Notes under the pieces: generated by a model | Seen by the model: the letters and a program-made list of their open reading frames with translations, nothing else | Told to the model about the DNA's origin: nothing | Database searches by the model: none | Assembly: GCA_963783335.1 (NCBI GenBank) | Contig: CAWAND010000008.1 | Span: 23,841-87,840 of the forward strand | From: an uncultured Chloroflexia bacterium | GTDB lineage: Bacteria; Chloroflexota; Anaerolineae; Anaerolineales; E44-bin32 | DNA length: 64,000 nucleotides | Direction: 5' to 3' | Shown: piece after piece, positions 28,199 to 36,793 of the stretch | How positions within the stretch are numbered: position 1 is the first letter of the stretch | Layout of the letters: each line of letters starts with the position of its first letter | Position numbers and translations under genes: made by a program

Positions 28199-29044
28199 CT
28201 AGGCGCTCCTTTCGGCAGCCGCTGCGGCGCGTGCGCCGGCGGCATCCGCACGCTCCAGGTCATGCACCCAGGCGTAGAAAACATGAGTCAGTGGAACCAG
28301 GTAGGCGACAGTGCCGGTGAACCACATCAGGATGCCGGCTGCTTCTTGGTCCCCCAAAGGATCGACCCCGGCCGAGACTGCCGCCTGGTAGAACGGGTAC
28401 AACACCCGCGGGCTGAGCGTGAGAAGAACCGCCAGTCCCAACCCCGGGAAGACCATCAAGATCAGGTAGATCAACTGGACCGAACGCGGCGCTCGGGGCA
28501 CGCTGTCTTGTGCCGCTGCCAGCACAGGCCACCAACCGATCACGCCAGCCGCGATGAAGGTTAGATGCTGAAAGATGTGAATCCCATCCGAGTGCAGCGA
28601 AGCCTGATAGAGGGCCGGGATGTGCCAGGCGATCAAAGTCACGTTGAATATGCCAAAGGCCGCCATCGGCTGCGTCAGCTTTCGGCCAACGCGAGCCACG
28701 GCAGGAAAGCGGCGGCCCACTTCTTCAATGAGCCAGCCTGGCACGCCCAAAACCCACAGCGGCGCCGTCGCAAACAGGATCAAGATGTGCTGGGCCATGT
28801 GTGCCGAAAGAAGGTAGGTTTCGGCGGCCTCGTCAATGGGAGATGTCAGGGCGATGAACAAGGCCAACGTGCCCAGGTGAAAGGCAGTCTGCTGACCCGT
28901 GGAGATCGGGGCCGAGCCACGAAATGCCCTCCGGGCGGGGCCAGCCAGAAGCCCGTAGGCCATGGTCACGGCCACCAGACCGATGAGGACACTGGGCTCC
29001 CAGGTCCATCCCGATGCCAGCAGCAAGCTCAGGCCAGGATACAT
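28199..29044 (-). CDS. ctaG: Cytochrome c oxidase assembly factor CtaG (caa3/Bacillus type)
   Basis: 281-aa polytopic protein with SAHMAQHILL-like (SAHMAQHILILF) and HIFQHLTF motifs. Confidence 0.75.
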   Translation of the reverse strand: MYPGLSLLLASGWTWEPSVLIGLVAVTMAYGLLAGPARRAFRGSAPISTGQQTAFHLGTLALFIALTSPIDEAAETYLLSAHMAQHILILFATAPLWVLGVPGWLIEEVGRRFPAVARVGRKLTQPMAAFGIFNVTLIAWHIPALYQASLHSDGIHIFQHLTFIAAGVIGWWPVLAAAQDSVPRAPRSVQLIYLILMVFPGLGLAVLLTLSPRVLYPFYQAAVSAGVDPLGDQEAAGILMWFTGTVAYLVPLTHVFYAWVHDLERADAAGARAAAAAERSA

Positions 29045-29050
29045 TGGAGG

Positions 29051-29626
29051 TCAGACCAGGTACAGCGCGCCGAACAAGGCGAGCCAGACGGCGACCACGA
29101 AGTACCAGAACCAGGCGCAGAGTGTGATGGATGTGTGGCGATCGGCGCTGAAGTCGCCCAGCCGGGCCCGTGCGAAGGTGATGCCAAGGTAGATCATCCC
29201 AGCCAGGACATGCAAGGCATGGAAAGCGATCAACGCCATGAAGATGCCGCCGAACGCGGCGTCATCCGGCTTAAGTCCGGACCGAGAGAAATCGAAGACT
29301 TGCCCTCCGATGAAGATCAGCCCGAGGACGAAGGTCCATCCCAACGCCATCTGGGCCGCCCTCCTCCGGTCGGCCGCAATCGCACGTTGCGCTTGCCAGA
29401 TCACCAGCGCGCTGGCCAGGAACAGCAGCGTGTTGAGGCTGGGGACGAGCAGGCCGGTGGGTGTCTGCGCCGGAAGAGACCATTCCGGATGCTCGAGCCG
29501 CAGGAAGAAGTACGCCGACAGCGCCGTGGCAAAGAAGAAGATCTCGGAGGCGATGACCGTCAGCAGGCCGACCTTGGCGGTCGAGCCTGGGCGGAACCGG
29601 GCGGGGCTGGCGGTTGAAGCGGTCAT
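29051..29626 (-). CDS. ctaE: Cytochrome c oxidase subunit III (five-helix CtaE type)
   Basis: EIFFFATALSAYF...LNTLLFLASA...ALIAFHALHVLAG...CAWFWYFVVAVW. The ATG overlaps the ctaD stop (ATGA). Confidence 0.85.
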   Translation of the reverse strand: MTASTASPARFRPGSTAKVGLLTVIASEIFFFATALSAYFFLRLEHPEWSLPAQTPTGLLVPSLNTLLFLASALVIWQAQRAIAADRRRAAQMALGWTFVLGLIFIGGQVFDFSRSGLKPDDAAFGGIFMALIAFHALHVLAGMIYLGITFARARLGDFSADRHTSITLCAWFWYFVVAVWLALFGALYLV

Positions 29627-31275
29627 TCGCCTTGCTTCCAATCCGCCTTGTCGGGGTACTTTTCATCCCACAGCGGGCGGCGGCTTCGGACGCTGGGAAT
29701 CTCGGCAAAGTTGTATGGGGCCGGCGGCGAAGCGGCTTTCCATTCGAGCGTGAAAGCATCCCACGGATCGGCTTCGTTGGTCGGCGGGCTGGCCATGGTC
29801 CGGAAGAAGTTGATCAGGAAGAACAGAATCCCCAGGGCGATCAGATAGGCCCCAACCGTCTCGATCAGATTCCAGATGCCCCACCCCAGGCCGTCGGCGT
29901 AGGTGTAGATGCGCCGCGGCATGCCCAGCAGTCCCAGCATATGCATGGGGAAGAAGGTCAGGTTCATTCCGACGAACATCAGCCAGAACTGCCATTTGCC
30001 CAATGTTTCGCTCAGTCGCCTTCCGCTCATCTTGGGGAACCAGTAGAACATGGCCGAAAAGAGCCCAAAGATGGCGCCGCCGAACAGCACGTAGTGGATG
30101 TGAGACACAACGTAGTAGGTGTCGGTGATCTGCCAGTCCACCGGCAGAACGGCCATGTGCACCCCATCCAGCCCCCCGATGGTGAACAGGGCCACGAACC
30201 CGATGGCGAACAACAGGGGGGTTTTGAAATTCAGTTTGCCGCCCCACATCGTCGCCAGCCAGGAGAAGATCTTGACCCCTGTCGGGACTCCGATGATGAA
30301 GCTGTTGGCGGAGAAGAAGAGCAATGCACCGATGGCCATCCCGGTGGCAAACATATGATGCGCCCAGACCGTGAAGCCAAGGATGCCGATAGCGATGCCG
30401 GAGTAGACGACGGTCATGAAGCCGAACAACGGCTTGCGCGAGAAGACCGGGATGACTTCCGAGATCAAGCCCATTGCAGGCAGGATCATGATGTAGACCT
30501 CGGGGTGGCCGAAGAACCAGAACAGGTGCTGCCACAGCAGGGCGCTGCCTCCGGCAGACACGTTGTAAAAGTGCGTGCCCGCCAGCCGATCAAGCAGAAG
30601 CAGCAGCGTGGCGGTGGTCAATGAAGGCAAGGCGAAGATGGCAATCACCGACGTGACGAAGGTCATCCACACAAACATCGGCATCCGGGTGAACGACATC
30701 CCCGGGGCGCGCATTTGGATGGTGGTGACGACAAAGTTGATGGACCCAATGGTGGTGGCCGTGCCCAAGATCAGGATCGACAAGCCCCAATAGTCCATCC
30801 CGTGGTTGATCGAATACAGCTTCTCGGTCAAGGGAGCGTAGCTAAACCAACCGGCGTCGGGCGCGCCGCCAAAGATGAAGCTGCTGAACAGGAACAGGCC
30901 ACCAAACAAGTACAGCCAATAGCTCAAGGCGTTCAGCTTGGGAAAGGCCATATCCCGAGCCCCGATCATTAGGGGCACAAAGTAATTGCCGAAGCCAGCG
31001 CCCAAGGGCATGATCGCCAGGAAGATCATGGTCGTGCCGTGCATGGTGAAGATTTCGTTGTAGGCAGCGTTGCTGAGCACGGTCGCGTTGGGCTGGGCCA
31101 ATTGCGTACGCATCAGCAACGCCAGGATACCGCCGGCCACGAAGAATGCGGTGGCGGTGATGAGGTACATGATCCCGATGCGTTTGTGATCGACAGTCAT
31201 GACCCAGCTCAGCAGCCCTTGGCCAGAGCCAGCTGCAGCCTGCGGTGCGGAAAGAGCTTCTGCTTGAGTTGTCAT
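29623..31275 (-). CDS. ctaD: Cytochrome c oxidase subunit I
   Basis: 550 aa. DHKRIGIMY, WFFGHPEVYI and HHMF..G motifs are classic heme-copper oxidase subunit I. Confidence 0.95.
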   Translation of the reverse strand: MTTQAEALSAPQAAAGSGQGLLSWVMTVDHKRIGIMYLITATAFFVAGGILALLMRTQLAQPNATVLSNAAYNEIFTMHGTTMIFLAIMPLGAGFGNYFVPLMIGARDMAFPKLNALSYWLYLFGGLFLFSSFIFGGAPDAGWFSYAPLTEKLYSINHGMDYWGLSILILGTATTIGSINFVVTTIQMRAPGMSFTRMPMFVWMTFVTSVIAIFALPSLTTATLLLLLDRLAGTHFYNVSAGGSALLWQHLFWFFGHPEVYIMILPAMGLISEVIPVFSRKPLFGFMTVVYSGIAIGILGFTVWAHHMFATGMAIGALLFFSANSFIIGVPTGVKIFSWLATMWGGKLNFKTPLLFAIGFVALFTIGGLDGVHMAVLPVDWQITDTYYVVSHIHYVLFGGAIFGLFSAMFYWFPKMSGRRLSETLGKWQFWLMFVGMNLTFFPMHMLGLLGMPRRIYTYADGLGWGIWNLIETVGAYLIALGILFFLINFFRTMASPPTNEADPWDAFTLEWKAASPPAPYNFAEIPSVRSRRPLWDEKYPDKADWKQGE

Positions 31276-31286
31276 CGCATCCCTGC

Positions 31287-32359
31287 CTATTTCAGCTTCG
31301 TCAGGTAGGCCATCAGATTGTCAATGTCCTCTGATGACAGGTTGACGATCATGTCATTTCCGGGTTTCATCGCCTGAGCGTCCTGCAGCCAGCGACGCAG
31401 ATTGGCCTCGTTAAGTCGTAGGTGGCTCCGGCGAAAACGCTGCGCGACATCAGGTGGGTCAGATTGGGGCCGATGCTCCGCTTGCCCTCATATTCGCCAA
31501 GCGTATGGCAGTTGGAGCAGATCTGGTTGACGATATAGTCCTGCCCAGCCTGTTCCTGAGGCGTCTGCGGCTGGTAGAGAGGCTGCTGCTGACCCTGCAC
31601 CCAGGCCTTAAAGTCGGCCTCCGATTCGGCCACCGCCCTGATCCTCATGTTGGCATGGTTGACGCCGCAAAACTCAACACATTGGCCGTGGTAGGTGCCG
31701 GCCGTGTCCGCCGTGAGCCAAAGGTAGTTGGTGTGTCCGGGGATGGCGTCCGTCTTGCCCGCCAGCTGCGGCACCCAGAAGCTGTGAATCACGTCGACCG
31801 AGTCCAGATCGATCTTCACGTTGGCCCCGACCGGAATGTGCAGCTCATTGGCCGTTGTGAAACCGTAATCCGTGTACTCAAACTCCCACCACCACTGGTG
31901 GCCGATCACGTGGATGTGCAAATCACTGTCGGCCGGCTTGGGTGCTTCCACGGCGTTGGCCGTGCGCACGGTAAGGGCGAAGAGGGTCAACACCAGCAGC
32001 ACCGGAATCGCCGTCCAGACCACTTCCAGGCGCATGTTGCCATAGACCTGGTGGGGCTCTTCAGTATCCCCGGCCCGCCGGCGGAAGCGGATGAGGGCAT
32101 ACACCAGCAGTGCTTCAACAATAATGAAGACGCCCAGCGCCAAGTAGAAGATCACCATATACAATCCGGCCTCGTGGTCTGAAATCGACGAGGCCGGATT
32201 CAAGAACGTCGGGGAACCTGCGCAGCCGGACAGGCCGGCCGCCACCAGGAATCCTGCGGTGAGGTGCCACGCCTTTCGGATACGCCCTATCGGCGGGACG
32301 CGTGAGGCAGTTGGACGATCGCCCATCGACTTCACCTTCCTGCGCTTGTCTGTTCGCAC
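31287..32359 (-). pseudogene. ctaC: Cytochrome c oxidase subunit II with C-terminal cytochrome c domain (caa3 type), frame broken near 31411-31417
   Basis: CuA motif HSFWVP...CVEFCGVNHANM and heme motif CSNCH lie in ORF 31367..32359. The expected tail NEANLRRWLQDAQAMKPGNDMIVNLSSEDIDNLMAYLTKLK is in another frame and ends at the TAG at 31287. The 1073-nt span is 3n-1, i.e. one base missing. Confidence 0.85.
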
Positions 32360-32494
32360 GCTGAATTCAAAACCAATTCGCCCGGCAGGGCGCTTTGAGT
32401 ATCGACCCTTCGACGGGGCGGCGTCCTTACAGCAGACTGTGGACGACCTTAGAACGACCTAAGTTCCGGCCGCGGTCGGATCGGTAGATCTAAT

Positions 32495-32512
32495 TTGTGA
32501 TGGATTTCACAA
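32495..32512. promoter_or_regulatory. Rex-type operator TTGTGATggatTTCACAA (13/14) upstream of the cox operon
   Basis: Read directly. The full palindrome arms TTTGTGA/TCACAAA span 32494-32513. Centre is about 144 nt upstream of the first possible ctaC start. Confidence 0.55.
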
Positions 32513-32534
32513 AGGGGAAGGGGTCAGAAGTCGA

Positions 32535-33860
32535 TCAGGGGACGATGGCGGGGTTGATCTCCTGCCAGGTTCGCCCGCCATCGACAGTCTTCACCAAAGC
32601 AACCTGGCCCTGGTCCCGGGCCACGGCCCAGCCGGTTTGCACGTCCACAAAACTGAACTGGCCGTCCCAATTGACTGTCTTCAGGCGCTTCCAAGTCCGG
32701 CCGCCATCCCGAGTGAGGGCTATGGTGCGCGAGAGCCCCAGGGCCGTCTGCTGATCAAAGAACCGCAGATCGCCGCCCGGGTAGCGGGTGGCTTGCCAGG
32801 TCGATCCAGAGTTTGAAGTCGTATAGAGGAAGGGATGGACATCGGTCGCCGACGGGCCGGTCACGCAGCGGACGGCGAGGGCGCCTTGTTCTGGAGAGAA
32901 GAGCCAGGGAGAGCTGACCGCGCAGGCAGCCGCGCCCGAGTTAAACAGATGCGGTTCCGTTGACGGAACCGGAAGCTGGACCGAGCTCCACTGGCTGCCT
33001 CCGTCAAAGGTGACATCCACAAACGCCCCATCCATCACACCGCCGCAGTCCCGCGTGATCCAGCCGTGATCCGCGTCAGCAAACGCCATCCCGGTCTTTG
33101 GGCAGACCTGGATCTGGTCGCCACCGGCCTCGACCACCTCGTCCCACGTGCGTCCCCCATCGACCGTGCGGTACAGGCTCATGTAGTCGTGCATCATCCC
33201 CGCGCCAGCGTGCACCATCACCCAGCCGTGCTGAGGATCGATGAAAGTCAGGTTGGAGGGACTGAAGAACTCAAACAGCGCCCCAATGGCCAGCGGGGCG
33301 CTCGGAGTCCAAGTGGCTCCCCCGTCTTGGGTTGACCAGACGTTGGCCTGGGGGATGATGTGAAACTGACGGTAGGCGTAGATCACCCAACCGGTATCGG
33401 AATCCAGAAACGCCCCGATGGCGGTCTTCTCCTGGCCGTCTTCCGGCTGTGGCTCGGGCGGCGTGACATCCTGCCAGGTCTGCCCACCATCTCCTGTACG
33501 CAGGATGTGGTCGGCCGATTCCGGTGTGGCCCCGCCGATCCCCCAACCGTGATCGACATCTATCATCCAGATGTGATCGAGGGACACGGCTTGCCCCGGC
33601 AGAAGCGGCGCGATCGGTGTGGCCTGCGGCGTGGGCGTCGGCGGCTGCGCCGTGGACGGGAGGGATGGAGCCGGCGAGGCGGTCGCGCTTGGCTCGGGCG
33701 AGACGGTGAAAGTCGCTGACGGGGCGAGGGGCACGCGGGTCGGCGAAGGTACCCGCCCGGCGCACGATGCCAGGGTCAGGCACACGGCCCCGGACCCCGC
33801 CAGCAGGCGAAGCGTGGGGCCCAAGTGTCGGACGTGCTTGGCGCGCCCTGAATCAATCAT
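32535..33860 (-). CDS. BNR/Asp-box repeat beta-propeller lipoprotein (Ycf48/sialidase-like)
   Basis: Lipobox LTLASC, a Pro/Thr/Ser linker, and repeated Asp-boxes (DGGQTW, DGGATW, DGGRTW x3, NSGSTW, DGGSQW). Confidence 0.75.
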   Translation of the reverse strand: MIDSGRAKHVRHLGPTLRLLAGSGAVCLTLASCAGRVPSPTRVPLAPSATFTVSPEPSATASPAPSLPSTAQPPTPTPQATPIAPLLPGQAVSLDHIWMIDVDHGWGIGGATPESADHILRTGDGGQTWQDVTPPEPQPEDGQEKTAIGAFLDSDTGWVIYAYRQFHIIPQANVWSTQDGGATWTPSAPLAIGALFEFFSPSNLTFIDPQHGWVMVHAGAGMMHDYMSLYRTVDGGRTWDEVVEAGGDQIQVCPKTGMAFADADHGWITRDCGGVMDGAFVDVTFDGGSQWSSVQLPVPSTEPHLFNSGAAACAVSSPWLFSPEQGALAVRCVTGPSATDVHPFLYTTSNSGSTWQATRYPGGDLRFFDQQTALGLSRTIALTRDGGRTWKRLKTVNWDGQFSFVDVQTGWAVARDQGQVALVKTVDGGRTWQEINPAIVP

Positions 33861-33912
33861 GGGGTCATCTTACCCCACTCCCGAACGGGCGCCCCGCTTC
33901 AAGTTGAGGTCG

Positions 33913-34431
33913 CTAGAAGAAGAGCTCCTGGGCGGCCGCCATGGCCAGCACGGTGAAGGCCAACAATCCAGCGTTCCACACGCCGGCATTGCGCAGCCGC
34001 TCGCGGAGGGAAGCCATCTCAGCCGCCTGTTCCGGCGACGGCGGGCCACCGGCCACCTGCACTTCGGCCCCTACGGCCTGGAGCCGGGCAACGGACCGGC
34101 CCGCGACGCCCAATCCAACAACCATGGCGACGATCGCCGATAGGCCACCCAGCGTGAGAGCCAAGCCCTGGCCCGAGGTGATCCACGCCAACCGAAGATG
34201 CCCTGAGGCGGTCCAATACAGAAGCAGACCGGCCAAGATGGTCAGGCCGCCGGCCACGCCCATCACCTTTGCATAGCCACGGGCGGCAATATTCTGCATC
34301 ACCTTGCCTCCCTCAGGGCCTGAAGCCCGGATGCTGGGTTCGATATGGGTCGCCATGAGAAAAGTCGCACCCGCCCAAAAAACTCCTGACAAGATGTGGA
34401 TCCAGCGCAAGATCAGAAGGTACACATTCAT
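33913..34431 (-). CDS. Hypothetical integral membrane protein (about 4 TM)
   Basis: MNVYLLILRWIHILSGVFWAGATFLMA... is hydrophobic. The start was chosen at the internal ATG at 34431. Confidence 0.5.
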   Translation of the reverse strand: MNVYLLILRWIHILSGVFWAGATFLMATHIEPSIRASGPEGGKVMQNIAARGYAKVMGVAGGLTILAGLLLYWTASGHLRLAWITSGQGLALTLGGLSAIVAMVVGLGVAGRSVARLQAVGAEVQVAGGPPSPEQAAEMASLRERLRNAGVWNAGLLAFTVLAMAAAQELFF

Positions 34432-34669
34432 GAGATACGCCCCTCCCAAGGGCTCAACACGAGTCAACAAGCGCAGTATCGTAGCCCTGCAGGCCAGCAG
34501 AAGCAAGTCCTGGGCGCAATCGGTGGCCTCGTCAGAGCATCTGATGCCTTTCGGGGCACAGCCAAGCAATGGGCGTTCGGTTGGCATTCCCGGGCTTCCA
34601 GAGGACAATGAAATGCTCGGATTCGCCGCTTCTCGATGGGTCTGCTACAGGCGAAGAACAGGAGGCACG

Positions 34670-35710
34670 ATGGACCTAGCCGCTGCCAAACGATGGACTC
34701 CCGCGCCAGATGCCAACCACATCACCTGCATCGAGGCCCACACCGAAGGGGAGCCTTTCCGAGTTGTCGTGGATGGCTTTCCCACCCTCGAGGGCGACAC
34801 CATTCTGGAGAAGCGCCGGTTCGCTAAGACGCACTACGATCATTTGCGGACGGCGTTGATGTGGGAGCCGAGGGGACATGCCGACATGTACGGCTGCCTC
34901 ATCACGGAACCGGTCACCCCCGAGGCCGATTTCGGCATTCTGTTCATGCACAACGAGGGCTTCAGCACGATGTGCGGTCATGGGATCATCGGCATCGCCA
35001 CCGTGGCGCTCGAAACCGGGATGATCGACGCCGCCCCACCCGAGACGACGCTGCGAATTGACACGCCAGCCGGGCTGGTGACGGCCGTGGCCGAGATCGA
35101 AGGCCGACGGGTCCGCCGCGTGCGCTTCACCAACGTGCCTTCATTTGTGGCCGCTTCTGGTGAAGAGATCGATGTCCCTGCATTGGGGCGCATCCGCTAC
35201 GACCTGGCCTTCGGCGGCGCCTACTACGCCTTTGTGGACGTGGCCCAGGTCGGGCAGCGCTGCCAACCCGAGGCGGCCAATGAGCTGATCCAGGCCGGCA
35301 TGGCCATCAAACGAGCCATCATGCAAACGCGTCCCATCCAACATCCCGGAGCCGGTGACCTCGGCTTTCTTTACGGCACGATCTTCATTGACAGGCCCAG
35401 CTCTCCCGAGCTTCACAGCCGGAATGTGTGCATCTTCGCAGAAGGGGAAGTGGACCGCTGCCCAACGGGCACCGGGGTCAGCGCCCGCCTGGCTATTCAC
35501 CACGCGCGTGGCGAGCTCGAGGTCGGGCAGCTGATCGAGATTGAGAGCATTCTCGGGACGCGCTTCGGCGGAAGAGTCCTCGAGATCACACATGTAGGCG
35601 AGATTCCAGCGGTTGTTCCGGAAGTGAGCGGGACGGCGCATATCACGGGTCGGAGCACGTTCCTCATCTCCGATGATGACCCGCTGAGGGATGGGTTTAT
35701 CCTGCGATAG
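34670..35710 (+). CDS. Proline racemase family enzyme, Cys/Thr catalytic pair (predicted trans-3-hydroxy-L-proline dehydratase type)
   Basis: STMCGHG (first catalytic Cys) and DRCPTGTG (Thr at the second catalytic position). ATG at 34670 follows GGAGG. Confidence 0.75.
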   Translation: MDLAAAKRWTPAPDANHITCIEAHTEGEPFRVVVDGFPTLEGDTILEKRRFAKTHYDHLRTALMWEPRGHADMYGCLITEPVTPEADFGILFMHNEGFSTMCGHGIIGIATVALETGMIDAAPPETTLRIDTPAGLVTAVAEIEGRRVRRVRFTNVPSFVAASGEEIDVPALGRIRYDLAFGGAYYAFVDVAQVGQRCQPEAANELIQAGMAIKRAIMQTRPIQHPGAGDLGFLYGTIFIDRPSSPELHSRNVCIFAEGEVDRCPTGTGVSARLAIHHARGELEVGQLIEIESILGTRFGGRVLEITHVGEIPAVVPEVSGTAHITGRSTFLISDDDPLRDGFILR

Positions 35711-35743
35711 GTTGACCCGCTGGCGCCGTCTGCTCGAAGGTGG

Positions 35744-36262
35744 TCAAGCCAGGGAGTCCAGCCAGGCAGCCGCCCTTGCGGCCAGATGAATGTAGGCTCG
35801 CGCCTGGCCAGGACTCAGACTGCCGCTCTTAAGCCTTCCACCAGCGGCTGCTCTGGAGAGCTCCGCCAGACCCTGCACCAGGTTCTCTAGTTCCGGTGGC
35901 AGCGCCACCGGCGGTCCGGCACCGGCGCGCTCTTTCAGGCGGCCCTCCAGCGCCGTCCAGGCGAGCAAAACGCCAGCCAGCGGCTGGGCCGAAGCCGCCT
36001 CGGTCGCCAGGCCAGCCGAACCCTGGCCAAGGGCTTGCGCAGCCTCAACTTCTGCCTTGGCGGCCTCTGGCACCTCAGAAGGCAGCGTTCCACGCAGCTT
36101 CTCCAGCTCACGCCCAAAATCAATCTCCAAATCACGGAATCTCAGTTGCGTGATGGTGACCAGGAGGCGCGACAAGGGCCGGCGAAAAACAACAGCCAGG
36201 GCCACCAATGCCACCGGCCAGACCAGGACGCGGGCCAGCTCGATCCATTGTTGTGCGGACAT
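35744..36262 (-). CDS. Hypothetical membrane-anchored Ala-rich protein
   Basis: 172-aa ORF with an N-terminal TM helix (VLVWPVALVALAVVF). No recognisable domain. Confidence 0.4.
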   Translation of the reverse strand: MSAQQWIELARVLVWPVALVALAVVFRRPLSRLLVTITQLRFRDLEIDFGRELEKLRGTLPSEVPEAAKAEVEAAQALGQGSAGLATEAASAQPLAGVLLAWTALEGRLKERAGAGPPVALPPELENLVQGLAELSRAAAGGRLKSGSLSPGQARAYIHLAARAAAWLDSLA

Positions 36263-36406
36263 GGAACACCCCCTCTTTTTCTGCTTCGGCTCCCCTTATG
36301 TTGAGCCAAGACCGGTCAGATCAATCGCCCCGGCGGGCAAATCACGAAAGTCTGCGGCTGGCTGCCGGCCGAGAGGCCAGCCAGCTCCCGACCTCGAAAT
36401 ACTTGT

Positions 36407-36706
36407 TCAGGTGCCAACGGCGGCGATCGAACGCATGGCGTCGACAAAGATCCAGCTGGTCACCGGATCGCGGAAATGGGGCGGGAGGATCTGTACCTCT
36501 CCGAACCTGCGGAAGCCGCCAGACTTGAGTTCGGACACCTCGGGTTTCGACACGTCTGGAAAGGGGGGCCTCGACCCGCTCCCATCCTCTGCCACGCGAG
36601 ACGTGGAGCCCAGGAGAAAGCGCAGTGATTTCCAGGCACGCCGGTCCCCGTCCACAACCCAGTACACCATGATGGATGGGACGATCACCGCAAACAATAG
36701 GAGCAT
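36407..36706 (-). CDS. Hypothetical small protein with N-terminal TM helix
   Basis: ORF only. MLLLFAVIVPSIMVYWVV... with no recognisable motif. Confidence 0.3.
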   Translation of the reverse strand: MLLLFAVIVPSIMVYWVVDGDRRAWKSLRFLLGSTSRVAEDGSGSRPPFPDVSKPEVSELKSGGFRRFGEVQILPPHFRDPVTSWIFVDAMRSIAAVGT

Positions 36707-36793
36707 CCCACCAGCCTCGTTTGATCGCTTGTCAGTCCAGCTCGAACACGTTCCAAGCTGCGGATTGGGTGCCGTCTGTCCCCGTGAGGGGCG

